NCBI GenBank assembly: GCA_022795075.1 | Contig: JAAWGB010000005.1 | Location: forward strand, 1 to 61,398 | Origin: Clostridia bacterium | GTDB taxonomy: Bacteria; Bacillota; Clostridia; TANB77; CAG-508 | Length of the DNA stretch: 61,398 nucleotides | Direction of reading: 5' to 3' | Shown here: one piece after another, positions 22,910 to 33,628 of the stretch | Numbering within the stretch: position 1 is the first letter of the stretch | Layout: each line of letters starts with the position of its first letter | Program-made: the position numbers and the translations under genes | The notes under the pieces: generated by a model | Told to the model about the DNA's origin: nothing | What the model saw: only the letters and a program-made list of their open reading frames with translations | The model's database searches: none

Positions 22910-23599
22910 ATGAAAAAAACATTATTAGGAGTCGTAGCAATCACTATGCTATTAGTTGCATTATTAGCAACATCAGTAAATGCAGCATCAGTTACTGCAA
23001 ATAAAGAAGGAGATATTGTAACAGTAACTGTTACAACCAATGAAACAGTCGAATCAATGGAATTCGTAGTAAATTTTGATAGTACAAATTTTGAATTTGT
23101 AGAAGGATCTATTAAATCTGCTTTATCATCAATAGATTCAAACATGATAGGAGAAGGGAAATTAATGGTTTCTGCTTTTGGTGGTGAAGCATCTACTTTA
23201 ACCTTACAATTTAGATGTGATAAAAATATAGGGGGAGCTTTTACATTATCTGATACAGAATTTTCAAATGATGAAACAATGAGTAAACCAACAGCTATTA
23301 TTACAGCTACAGAACCAACCCCAGTAATTCCAACACCAGATGATGATAAAAAACCAGGAGAAGAAGTAGGAAAACCTACTGAAGGAGAAAACAACAATCA
23401 AGGAAATAAAACAGAAGAAAATAATTCAGCTACAGAAGGAAACAACACAGAAGAAACAACAGAAGAATATGTAGATGAAGAAGGTAAAAAAATAACCAAA
23501 ATACCACAAACAGGAACTTATATGCCAACTGTTCTATTGAGTGTAAGTGTACTTGGAATAGCATTTATGGCAGGTTATAAAATGATAAAAAATAAATAG
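22910..23599 (+). CDS. Sortase-anchored protein with cohesin-like domain
   Basis: Signal peptide VNA|A; beta-rich VTVTVT..MEFVVNFDSTNFEFVE; P/T/E linker; IPQTG plus TM plus basic tail. Confidence 0.7.
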   Translation: MKKTLLGVVAITMLLVALLATSVNAASVTANKEGDIVTVTVTTNETVESMEFVVNFDSTNFEFVEGSIKSALSSIDSNMIGEGKLMVSAFGGEASTLTLQFRCDKNIGGAFTLSDTEFSNDETMSKPTAIITATEPTPVIPTPDDDKKPGEEVGKPTEGENNNQGNKTEENNSATEGNNTEETTEEYVDEEGKKITKIPQTGTYMPTVLLSVSVLGIAFMAGYKMIKNK

Positions 23600-23627
23600 A
23601 ATGAAATTATTTAGGGGGCGAAAAATC

Positions 23628-26600
23628 TTGGATAAAAAGAAAATATTATCATCCCTAGCATTAGCAGGAATTTTAACTGCTAATGTTTTTGGGGCAAATG
23701 TAAATGCTGCAGCAGAAGGAGAATACTTAAAACCTGTTGGAGTATACAAAAGATTAGTAGAAGGAAAAACAGTTGTACCATATGTATTAAAAGATAAAAA
23801 TACACCAGTTACGGTAAAAGATGTTCAATCTGAATTTGCAAATTTAGAGTCTGTAAATGGAACAAAAGTAACCGATATGAATGCAACGATGGGAACAGGA
23901 GATACTTTCCGTTTAGAAGGAGAAGAAGAAGATTATACGGTTATTGTTTATGGAGATGTTACTGGAGAAGGTAAGATTTCAACAAAAGATGCTTTATTGA
24001 TACAAAAAATAGCATTGAAAAAAGAAACCAATGTTAGCAAAGAAGTATTAGAAGCAGCAGATGTTAATAATAATGGAAAAATTACAACCAAAGATGCCTT
24101 AGCAGTGCAAAAATATGTATTAGGAAAAGGCGAATACGAAACAGTAATCGATGAATTACCACCAGTAGAAGATACAACAGCACCAGTGTTAAATGGAATT
24201 ATTGACAAGGATACAATTAGAATTAACTTAAATGACCCAAACTTCCAATTACCAATTGTTACAGCAATAGATGATTATGATGGAGAAGTGGAGGTAAGTA
24301 AAACTGGTGAAGTTAATGTAGCAGAAGAAGGAGAATACAAAATCACCTATACTGCAACTGATAAAGCTGGGAATGCAGTGGCAGCAACTATAACAGTAAT
24401 AGTAGATAACCAATCACCAATCATAAATGGTGTTACAGATGGACAAAAAATTTATGTCAAATTAAATAGTGAAGACTTTACTATGCCAGAAGTAACAGCA
24501 AGTGATGCTGTTGATGGAGAACTAGAAGTAACAATAGAAGGAAAAGAAAATATAGATGTAACAACACAAGGAGAATATGAAGTTGTGTATTCTGCTATCG
24601 ATACTTTGCAACATCAAACAAAAGCAACTGTAACAGTAGTAGTTGATGGAACTGCCCCAAAAGCAGATGTAAATTACAGTACAACTGTTTTAACAAAAGA
24701 TGATGTTATCGTTACCATTATTTCAGATGAGTTGATTCAAGAACTAGAAGGTTGGGAATTATCAGAAGATGGAAAATCTATGAAAAAAGTTTATTCAGAA
24801 AATGTTGAAGACGAAAAACTTATGGTAAAAGATTTAGCAGGAAATGAAACAAAAGTACATATCAAAATTTCTAACATTGACAATAAAGTAGTAGCAACAC
24901 CAAGTTATAGTACAACTGAGCCTACGAAAGATACTGTTACAGCAACTATTACATCAGATGAAATATTACAACCAATAGAAGGTTGGACCTTAGCAGGTAA
25001 CAAAAAATCAATGACAAAAGTCTATACAGACAATAAAATTGAAGATGTTGTTGTAAAAGATAGTTTAGGAAATGAAACAACTGTAACAATTGATATTCGA
25101 AATATTGATAAAATAGCACCAACTGCTGAAGTAGAATTTGATATAACAGAATTAACCAATGGAGATGTAAAAGCAACTATCATTGCAAGTGAAGAATTGC
25201 AAAGTGTAGTAGGAGATATCAATACATGGCAATTAGATAGTGAAAATCCAAATAAAGCAACAACAACTTTTACTGTTAATGGAAACGAAAATGTAACCAT
25301 AACAGACTTAGCTGGAAACGAATCTATTATACCAGTTAAAGTAAGCAATATTGATAAAGTGGCACCAACACTTACTGTTGACTACAATATAAAAATTTCA
25401 ACCAATCAAAATGTAATAGCAACCATAACTGCTAATGAACCAATCCAAGAAAAAGAAGGTTGGACTTTAGCACAAGATGGTTTATCTATGACAAAAGAAT
25501 ATGAAGAAAATATTTCAGAACAAGTCGTTGAAATAACAGATTTAGCAGGAAATGTCTCAACTATTACAGTTACTATAACAAATATTGATAAAGTATCACC
25601 AGTTGTAACAGGACTAATTGAAGGAAGAAAATCTTATCAATCCGTAACATTAGAATTTAATGAAGGAATAGCAACTTTGCAAAAAGAAGGAGAATCAGCG
25701 CAAGAATTTACTACTAATACAACCATTACAACAGATGGAAACTATGTATTAGTTGTAACTGATGCTGCTGGTAATACAACAACCAAAAGATTTACAATTG
25801 ATAATGTAGCCCCTGTATTTGAAACAATGGATGCTAAATTATTGAAAAAAGGCGATGAATTTAATACAGCAGTTGTTGCAACAGATGCTGTAGATGGAGA
25901 AATTAATGCAACTTTAGTAATAACATTTAATGGTAGTCCAGTAGATAGCATTGATACAACAGGAGCAAATGATGGAGAATATATTTTAACTTACACAGCA
26001 ACAGACGAAGCTGGAAATACTGCAACAGCAACTAGAATTGTTACAGTAGATGCAACACCAGCAAAACCAACTATACTATATAGTACACCTTCTACTGAAA
26101 GTGCAATTGACATCATTGTTAGAGTTTCTTTTAATGAAAAAATGCAATTACCAAAAGCAAGTGGATGGACAGTAGAAGATGATACTACTAGATTGGCCTT
26201 TACAAAGAAATATACAGCAAATATGAGCGAAACAGTAGAATTTAAAGATTTAGCAGGAAATCCAACCTTAGTTGAAATTGATATTAAAAATATTGATAGT
26301 GAAGAATTATCTGCTACCAAACTTTATACTACAAAAGAGCCAACCAAAGAACCTGTTGAAGTAAAAATTGTTCTAAATAAAGAAATACAACCAGTAGCAG
26401 GTTGGAACTTATCAGCAGATAAAAAATCCATTACAAAAATCTATTCAGAAAATACAATAACACCAGAAATTGTTACTATAAAGGATTTAGTAGGACATGA
26501 AACAACTGTTGAAGTAGAAGTAACTAATATTGATAAAACAGCACCAATAGGAACGGTAACTTATTCAGAAACAGCAGCTACTAAAAATGATATAACCGTA

Positions 26601-28634
26601 ACAATTGAGGCAGAAGAAAAATTACAACCATTAGTAGGATGGACTTTAGCAGAAGATAAAAAATTCATGAAAAAAATATATACTAAAAATACAACCGAAA
26701 CAATAACTATAAAAGATTTAGCAGGAAACGAATCAGATGTTAGTGTAACCATTGCTAATATTGATAGAGAAGCACCAGTTGTAACAGGATTTACAGAAGG
26801 AATATCTTCTTACCAAACAGTTACACCAGTATTTACAGATGCTAATCCAATTCAAGCAACATTGCAAAAAGGAAATCAAGCATCAGCTGACTTTACTTCA
26901 GGAACAACCATTGATGAAGAAGGAAGTTATAAATTATATGTAACAGATAGTTTAGGAAATGCTGTAACAATCTTATTTAATATAGATAAAACCAATCCTA
27001 TTATTAATGGTGTAGTAGAAGGTGGAAGATATCTATCAGTAGTACCAACTTTCACAAAAGGAGTAGGAAAACTAAATAAATTAGATCCAGCTAATGGAGA
27101 TGCCATAATTTCTACAGATATTTATGTATCTGGAAATCCAATTACAGAAGATGGAAAATATCAATTAGTTGTAACAGATGCAGCAGGAAATATAGCCACT
27201 GTAACTTTTGTAGTTGATACAACAGGACCAAGCTTTACAGGGGTACAAAATAATGGGATTTATAACTTAGCAGTAACACCTAATGTAACAACAAATGGAA
27301 CAATTGAGGATGTCAACTTAATAAAAGATGGGGTAAAGGTAGAAGGATATACATTAAATACACCAATTTCTGATGAAGGTATTTATGTATTAACCGTTAC
27401 AGACGATTTAGGAAAAGCCAACACAGTTAAATTTACAATTGATACAACACCTCCAGTAGTAACAGGAGTAGAAGACCAAGGAGAATATAAAACAGTAACA
27501 CCAATCTTTGAAGAAACAGCAACAGCAACTTTGCAAAAGGGAGCAGGAGCAGCAACTGCCTTTACTTCAGGAGAAATTTCAGCAGATGATGAATATGTAT
27601 TAGTAGTAACAGATAAGGCTGGCAATCAAACAATCATAAACTTTACAATTGATAATGTGGCACCAACCATAACAGGAGTTGCAAATGATACTACTTATAA
27701 TGCAACTGTAACACCTGTTAATACAGCAGGAGATGTTGAAACTGTTGTTTTAACAAAAGATGGTAGAGTAGATGCAAGCTATACCACTTTAGGTCAAATA
27801 ACAGATGATGGTATATATCAATTAACAGTAGCAGATAAAGCAGGAAATGAAACAACTATTAAATTTACAATTGATACACAAGTAAAGGATGTAACATATA
27901 GTACCTCTAATGGTAATAAACCTACCAAAAATCCAGTAATGGTAACCATTCGTGCAAAAGAAAAATTACAACCAGTAGCAGGTTGGAGCTTATCTAGTGA
28001 TGCCCTTTCTATGACAAAAGTATATGACAATGATACAACAGAAAGTGTTATCGTAATGGACTTAGTAGGAAATACTCACACCATTAATGTTGTAGTAACA
28101 GGAATTGACCAAGTAGCACCAGAAATAGTAGGAACACCAAATTATAGTGATACTACTCCAGCAACAAAAGGACCTGTAACCGTTACAATCGTAGCAAACG
28201 AACCAATCCAAGAAGTAAATGGTTGGGATTTAGCAGATGACCAAAAAACTCTTACCAAAACATTTTCAGATAATGCAACTGAAAAAGTTACGTTAGTGGA
28301 CTTAGCAGGAAATGAAATAGCAACCCCTGTACAAGTGACAATTAATAATATTTATGCTACAGATCCAGTAATAGTTGGTATGTATGAGAAAGAAGAAATA
28401 ACAATTGATAAAAGCTCTACAGGAAATATAAATTTACCAATCGTTACAGCAACAGATGCAAAAGGAGGAAGTGTAGCAGTTACCACTACCATTCAAAAAC
28501 TTATCAATGAAGTAGACTTAGAAAACGTTACTGAAATTGATGTAACATCAAGAGGAACCTATAAAATTACTTATACTGCAACAGATGCTGCTGGAAATAC
28601 TTCAACAGTAGAAAGAATTATACATGTTGTTTAA
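23628..28634 (+). CDS. Large secreted protein with dockerin and many Ig-like repeats
   Basis: Duplicated GDVTGEGKISTKDAL / ADVNNNGKITTKDAL; many (T)DxAGN Ig-like repeats; TTG start after AGGGGG. Confidence 0.85.
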   Translation: MDKKKILSSLALAGILTANVFGANVNAAAEGEYLKPVGVYKRLVEGKTVVPYVLKDKNTPVTVKDVQSEFANLESVNGTKVTDMNATMGTGDTFRLEGEEEDYTVIVYGDVTGEGKISTKDALLIQKIALKKETNVSKEVLEAADVNNNGKITTKDALAVQKYVLGKGEYETVIDELPPVEDTTAPVLNGIIDKDTIRINLNDPNFQLPIVTAIDDYDGEVEVSKTGEVNVAEEGEYKITYTATDKAGNAVAATITVIVDNQSPIINGVTDGQKIYVKLNSEDFTMPEVTASDAVDGELEVTIEGKENIDVTTQGEYEVVYSAIDTLQHQTKATVTVVVDGTAPKADVNYSTTVLTKDDVIVTIISDELIQELEGWELSEDGKSMKKVYSENVEDEKLMVKDLAGNETKVHIKISNIDNKVVATPSYSTTEPTKDTVTATITSDEILQPIEGWTLAGNKKSMTKVYTDNKIEDVVVKDSLGNETTVTIDIRNIDKIAPTAEVEFDITELTNGDVKATIIASEELQSVVGDINTWQLDSENPNKATTTFTVNGNENVTITDLAGNESIIPVKVSNIDKVAPTLTVDYNIKISTNQNVIATITANEPIQEKEGWTLAQDGLSMTKEYEENISEQVVEITDLAGNVSTITVTITNIDKVSPVVTGLIEGRKSYQSVTLEFNEGIATLQKEGESAQEFTTNTTITTDGNYVLVVTDAAGNTTTKRFTIDNVAPVFETMDAKLLKKGDEFNTAVVATDAVDGEINATLVITFNGSPVDSIDTTGANDGEYILTYTATDEAGNTATATRIVTVDATPAKPTILYSTPSTESAIDIIVRVSFNEKMQLPKASGWTVEDDTTRLAFTKKYTANMSETVEFKDLAGNPTLVEIDIKNIDSEELSATKLYTTKEPTKEPVEVKIVLNKEIQPVAGWNLSADKKSITKIYSENTITPEIVTIKDLVGHETTVEVEVTNIDKTAPIGTVTYSETAATKNDITVTIEAEEKLQPLVGWTLAEDKKFMKKIYTKNTTETITIKDLAGNESDVSVTIANIDREAPVVTGFTEGISSYQTVTPVFTDANPIQATLQKGNQASADFTSGTTIDEEGSYKLYVTDSLGNAVTILFNIDKTNPIINGVVEGGRYLSVVPTFTKGVGKLNKLDPANGDAIISTDIYVSGNPITEDGKYQLVVTDAAGNIATVTFVVDTTGPSFTGVQNNGIYNLAVTPNVTTNGTIEDVNLIKDGVKVEGYTLNTPISDEGIYVLTVTDDLGKANTVKFTIDTTPPVVTGVEDQGEYKTVTPIFEETATATLQKGAGAATAFTSGEISADDEYVLVVTDKAGNQTIINFTIDNVAPTITGVANDTTYNATVTPVNTAGDVETVVLTKDGRVDASYTTLGQITDDGIYQLTVADKAGNETTIKFTIDTQVKDVTYSTSNGNKPTKNPVMVTIRAKEKLQPVAGWSLSSDALSMTKVYDNDTTESVIVMDLVGNTHTINVVVTGIDQVAPEIVGTPNYSDTTPATKGPVTVTIVANEPIQEVNGWDLADDQKTLTKTFSDNATEKVTLVDLAGNEIATPVQVTINNIYATDPVIVGMYEKEEITIDKSSTGNINLPIVTATDAKGGSVAVTTTIQKLINEVDLENVTEIDVTSRGTYKITYTATDAAGNTSTVERIIHVV

Positions 28635-28894
28635 ATAAGTTTATCAAAAATATGTAAATGTCTAATTAAAAAATAATATACCAAAAAGGTAAAAGATTAT
28701 CGCTAAATATTAAAAAATAATTAATATTTAGAAGGTAATCTTTTATTTTTAAAATAACTATGATAGAATAACTATGCTAAAACAAGTATGTTAATAATCA
28801 TTTGATTGCTTAATTGTACTACTAGTATTATTATAGATATGTTAGCATAATAAAAAATAGCCTCAAAACATAATTAAAAGAAGGGAATACAAAA

Positions 28895-29795
28895 ATGAAA
28901 CTAGCAAAAATAATATTACGGTATGTTATTTGTAATGTTAATAATCATATTAAGCATAATGGCTTATTATTGGATAGTAGACATACAAACCCAAGTACCA
29001 CAAGAATTAAAACAAATCTGTGATCTAAAAACAGAAAAATTTATGGGACGAAACATATTTATTGTTACACCAAAAAATAAAGAAAAAACAGACAAAAGAA
29101 TACTATATTTTCATGGTGGATCCTATGTAGCAGAGGCCACTAAACAGCATTGGGACTTCATCGAAAAAATCGTAAATGACACAGGAGCAACCGTCATCTT
29201 ACCAGACTATCCCTTAACACCAAAATATAACTATAAAGACGTATTTAAAATGGTAACACCATTGTATCAAGAAATAATAGAAAGAGTTGACCCCAGCAAT
29301 CTAATCATAATGGGAGACTCAGCAGGAGGAGGATTAGCCTTAGCATTAGAAGAAAAAGTAGGAAAGCAAAACCTGCCAATGCCAGCCAAAACCATATTAA
29401 TCTCACCATGGCTAGACGTCAGACTAACCAATCCACAAATAGATGAAGTACAAAAAAATGATAAGCAACTAAACAAAGAAACCCTAAAATTAGCAGGAAT
29501 TGCCTATTCAGGAGGAAGAGAAGAAGACAATAACACAGAAGAAGGAATCAATAGTTATCTAGTAAATCCCATAGAAGGAGACTTATCAAAACTTAAAAAT
29601 GTAGTCATATTAACAGGAACCTATGACATCTTAAACCCAGACGTACATAGACTAAAACAAAAAGCAGAAGAAGTAGGAGTAACAATAGAAATCAAAGAAT
29701 ACGAACAAGCCACGCACATATGGATAATCGAAAAAAATAGCACACAAGAACTAGAAGAACAAGGCTATCAAGAAATCTTAAAACAACTTCAGTAA
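28895..29795 (+). CDS. HSL-family alpha/beta hydrolase (esterase), N-terminus needs +1 shift at CGG 28919-28921
   Basis: HGGS, GDSAGG, ISPWLD; RBS AAGGGA precedes ATG 28895 (MKLAKIIL-G-MLFVML), no RBS at 28923. Confidence 0.82.
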
Positions 29796-29829
29796 CATAT
29801 ATCATTAAAATTAATATTGAATTAATATT

Positions 29830-30067
29830 GCAGACCTGTCCCCAAAAACACATTTTGGGGGAATTGGGGACAGGCCCTAAACACACAAAAAGGGGATAAA
29901 GTTCTTTTGGTAGGAAGTACCCCAAAAGACTCAAATGCAGTAATAATGCACAAAACACGAAAAAGTAAGAAGGCAGACCTGTCCCAAAAAACACATTTTG
30001 GGGGAATTAGGGTCTGTCCCCAAACACACATCGAGGGGGAAGTGGTGCCTGTCCCCAAACACACACA
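29830..30067. repeat. Cluster of CCTGTCCCCAAA(C/A)ACAC REP-like repeats
   Basis: 36-bp direct copies at 29830 and 29973, shorter copies near 30014 and 30048, inverted GGGGACAGG at 29866. Confidence 0.8.
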
Positions 30068-30079
30068 AGGAGAAAGAAA

Positions 30080-31381
30080 ATGAGAAAGAAAAAAGAAAGT
30101 AAGTTAGATTGGAGAAGGCTGGATAATTCGGCAAAGATTTTTCCAATTTCTACTGGAAAGAAGTATAGTACAGTATTTCGTTTGTCTGCTGTATTAAAAG
30201 AAAAGGTAGAACCGAAAGTGTTAGAGGAGGCTGTTAAACAGGCTTTAGAGAAATACCAGTTTTTTAAGGTTAGGATGAAACAAGGACTTTTTTGGTATTA
30301 TTTGGAGGATAATAATAAACTTCCTAAGGTAGAGGAGGAACAGGATTATCCTTGTCAATATATTGATAGCAGGCGTAATAATAATTATTTGTTTAAGGTT
30401 ACGTATTTTGAAAATAAAGTGAATATTGATATTTTTCACTCTTTGACAGATGGAAATAGTGGAGCAACTTTTTTTAAGGAGATTATTTATACTTATTTGG
30501 AGTTAAGGTATAAAGAGGTATTGAGTGATGACCAAAGAAGAGTAAGAAAGATTGATTATGATTATGATGCTGAAGATAGTTATATGAAAAATTATGATAA
30601 AAAAGCGAAATCAAATGCTTCAGGAAAAAAAGCGTATGTGTTAAAAGGCAACAAAATACCGTTAGGAGCAATTAGTGCTATTCATGAGATTATAGATTTG
30701 GAGGGCTTGAAAAAGGAAAGTAAAAAGCATGGAGCGACAATTACACAGTATTTAACAGCAGTATTGTTAAATTGTATCTATCAAGAAAATTATATAAAAA
30801 ATAAGGGGAAGAAACCAATTAAGATATGTATTCCTGTTAATTTGAAAAAGTATTTTCCTTCTAAGACTATGTCAAATTTCTTTTCTTATATTACGATTGA
30901 AGCTCAAATGAAAAAAGATGGTTTAGATACGTTTGAAAAGATGCTAGATTTTGTAAAAAGGGATTTTAGTAAAAGATTGACAGAGGAAGAAATAATAAAA
31001 ACAATGTCTGCCAATGTAAAAATAGGAAATAATCCCTTTATTAGACCAATTCCTTTATTGATTAAAAAGGCAATTGTTCGTTTGAGTTATATTGAAATTA
31101 GAAAGTATACAACAACAACTTTTTCGAATATAGGAAGAATTGGTATGATAGGAAAATACAAGGATTATATTGATTACTTTTTAATGTTAATTGCACCAGA
31201 ACCAGTGGAAAAAATAAAATGTTCTAGTTGTACCTTTGAAAATAAAGTGGTATTTACTTTTACGTCTATTTTACAAGACAATCGCATTGAAAAGAGATTT
31301 TATGAATTCCTAAAGGATAAAGGAATAAAAATACAAATAGAAAGTAATGGTGTTTTAGATGATATATCCAGAGAAAATTAA
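30080..31381 (+). CDS. Alcohol acetyltransferase / condensation-fold acyltransferase
   Basis: WRRLDNSAKIFP N-terminus, HxxxDG motif (HSLTDG), PVNLKKYFPSKTMSNF. Confidence 0.8.
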   Translation: MRKKKESKLDWRRLDNSAKIFPISTGKKYSTVFRLSAVLKEKVEPKVLEEAVKQALEKYQFFKVRMKQGLFWYYLEDNNKLPKVEEEQDYPCQYIDSRRNNNYLFKVTYFENKVNIDIFHSLTDGNSGATFFKEIIYTYLELRYKEVLSDDQRRVRKIDYDYDAEDSYMKNYDKKAKSNASGKKAYVLKGNKIPLGAISAIHEIIDLEGLKKESKKHGATITQYLTAVLLNCIYQENYIKNKGKKPIKICIPVNLKKYFPSKTMSNFFSYITIEAQMKKDGLDTFEKMLDFVKRDFSKRLTEEEIIKTMSANVKIGNNPFIRPIPLLIKKAIVRLSYIEIRKYTTTTFSNIGRIGMIGKYKDYIDYFLMLIAPEPVEKIKCSSCTFENKVVFTFTSILQDNRIEKRFYEFLKDKGIKIQIESNGVLDDISREN

Positions 31382-31922
31382 AGCTAAAAAGAGTAATAAA
31401 ATTATAAAAATATTAATGTGTGTATCAATTGGAATAGCAATTATTTTACTATTAATTAATAAACTAACAACTCCAACCATTCCATGGGCAGCTCTTGCCA
31501 ATGCTGGAATTTTATATAGTTGGGTAGTGGTGGTTTATTGTGTTAGAAAGAACATTAATCTAGCAGGTCATGTTTTGTTACAGCTAATAGCTCTTTCGAT
31601 TTTGATGATTTATATTGATTATAAAATTGGTAGTAGAGGGTGGTCAATTAGTATAGCTGTTCCAATTATGATTATGATTGCTAATTTAACCATGTTGGTA
31701 TTAACGATTGTTAGTTATAAAAAATATATGAAATATGTTATTTATCAGTTAATGATTGTTCTTTTTAGTATATTACCACTTATTTTTGTAACAAAGCATA
31801 TTGTACAAAATCAAACTTTAAGTGTGATTGCAAGTGGTATTTCTGCTTTTAATTTTGTAATTTGTTTAATTTTATGTGCCAAAGATATCAAAGAGGAAAT
31901 GGTAAGAAAGTTTCATTTTTAA
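31359..31922 (+). CDS. Multi-pass membrane protein (DUF6320-like)
   Basis: About six hydrophobic helices, GWS motif, C-terminal EEMVRKFHF. Confidence 0.7.
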   Translation: MIYPEKIKAKKSNKIIKILMCVSIGIAIILLLINKLTTPTIPWAALANAGILYSWVVVVYCVRKNINLAGHVLLQLIALSILMIYIDYKIGSRGWSISIAVPIMIMIANLTMLVLTIVSYKKYMKYVIYQLMIVLFSILPLIFVTKHIVQNQTLSVIASGISAFNFVICLILCAKDIKEEMVRKFHF

Positions 31923-31997
31923 ACAATCGTATCCAAGAAATTGCAAAAAAGATACCAAAAGCAAGACTCATTTTTGGTATGTTTTTAAGGAGAAAAT

Positions 31998-32213
31998 ATG
32001 GTAAAACAGATAGAAACTAGTTTAGTGATAAGAAGAGAAAGTATATATGCTAAAATTAGAAGAAACTTATATGGTTTGATGTATGGAAAAGACTATAAGA
32101 TGATACAAACATTGGATGTGCTAATAAGACCAAAAAGACCAAATGGTAAAATAATTATTCCAAAAGAAATAGGAAAGGACATTACGAAATATGAAAAATA
32201 TAAAAGATTATAG
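31998..32213 (+). CDS. Hypothetical protein, 71 aa
   Basis: AAGGAG RBS; overlaps the rlmN start. Confidence 0.6.
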   Translation: MVKQIETSLVIRRESIYAKIRRNLYGLMYGKDYKMIQTLDVLIRPKRPNGKIIIPKEIGKDITKYEKYKRL

Positions 32214-33210
32214 TATGGAACAATTAAAAGAAGAATTAAAAGAATTGGGAGAAAAACCTTTTCGAGCTGAGCAAATATTCAAGTGGTTATATGAAGAAAC
32301 CGTGCAATCATTTGATGAAATGACGAATTTATCGTTAGAATTAAGAGAAAAATTGAAAAAGAATTATAGTATCTGTAATTTTAATATTTTAAAAAAACAA
32401 GAGTCAAAAGATGGTACAATAAAATATTTGTTAGATGTTTTAGATGGAAATGCTATTGAGACAGTTTTGATGCGATATCATCATGGTAATAGTATTTGTG
32501 TATCTTCTCAAATTGGCTGTAAAATGGGTTGTAAATTTTGTGCCTCTACAGGAATTAATTTTATTAGAAATTTAACGTGTGGAGAAATTGTAGAACAAAT
32601 TATACGAGTTGAACAAGATGTAGGGCAAAGAGTTTCAAATGTAGTGTTTATGGGGATAGGAGAGCCTTTGGATAATTATGACAATGTTGTAGGTGCTATT
32701 CGATTGATTAATCACCCAAAGGGATTAAATATAGGAGCAAGACACATTAGTATATCAACTAGTGGATTGGTTCCCAAAATCTATCAACTTGCGGACGAAA
32801 ATATTCAGTGTACATTGTCCATTTCTTTGCATGCAACTAATAATGAAAAAAGAAGTAGTATGATGCCAGTTAATAAAACTTATCCAATTGAAGAACTATT
32901 ACAGGCTTGTAAAGATTACATAGCAAAAACGAATCGAAGAATATCTTTTGAATATGCTTTGGCAAAAGATAATAATGATAATTTAGAAGATGCAAAACAA
33001 CTAGTAAAACGATTAAAAGGTATGTTGTGCCATGTGAATCTAATACCAATTAATAAGATTGAAAATGGTCAGTTTGATAAAAGTTCAAATGAAAATATTA
33101 TGAGGTTTCGAGATTACTTGAATGAACATGGAATTGTGGCAACAATTCGAAGGGAACTAGGTTCTGATATTGATGCTGCTTGTGGACAATTGAGAAGAAA
33201 AAATTTGTAA
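32191..33210 (+). CDS. rlmN: Dual-specificity RNA methyltransferase RlmN
   Basis: CVSSQIGCKMGCKFC, MGIGEPL, DIDAACGQL. Confidence 0.97.
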   Translation: MKNIKDYSMEQLKEELKELGEKPFRAEQIFKWLYEETVQSFDEMTNLSLELREKLKKNYSICNFNILKKQESKDGTIKYLLDVLDGNAIETVLMRYHHGNSICVSSQIGCKMGCKFCASTGINFIRNLTCGEIVEQIIRVEQDVGQRVSNVVFMGIGEPLDNYDNVVGAIRLINHPKGLNIGARHISISTSGLVPKIYQLADENIQCTLSISLHATNNEKRSSMMPVNKTYPIEELLQACKDYIAKTNRRISFEYALAKDNNDNLEDAKQLVKRLKGMLCHVNLIPINKIENGQFDKSSNENIMRFRDYLNEHGIVATIRRELGSDIDAACGQLRRKNL

Positions 33211-33212
33211 AT

Positions 33213-33575
33213 TGCAAAGTTGGTAAAACTTAAGCAAGGCATATCTTCTTTTACCTATCCCTCCCTCCTTTTCTTTCGAAAAATTTCTAGCTTGGTATAA
33301 CTAGGATAAGATACTATAATTTTAGAAATAGAATGAATTGAAAGTAATTGAAATAGAAATTCTTAATTTATTTTATGGAAAATGTTCAAACTTGTTTTGA
33401 AAGGGTGCCATAAAATGGATTTAGAATTTCTTTGAAAATTACTTGAACGAATTCTATTTCTAAAATTATAGTATCTTATCCTAGTTATACCAAGCTAGAG
33501 ATTTTTCGAAAGAAAAGGGGGGGAAGGAACAGGTAAAAGGAAGATATGCCTTGCTTAAGTTTTACCAATTTTGCA
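33213..33575 (-). repeat. Palindromic element family A, copy 4 (arms ~120 bp)
   Basis: Reversed core; arms TGCAAAGTTGGTAAAACTTAAGCAAGGC.. / ..GCCTTGCTTAAGTTTTACCAATTTTGCA. Confidence 0.92.
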
Positions 33576-33628
33576 TCTTGCTATTTTTAATTAGATATAG
33601 TAAAATAGACGAGAAAAGGAGAGACAAA

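Noticed and set aside
29692-30146. Three overlapping minus-strand ORFs or a mini-CRISPR
   Set aside because: The ORFs are translations of the repeat cluster; repeat spacing and orientation are irregular.
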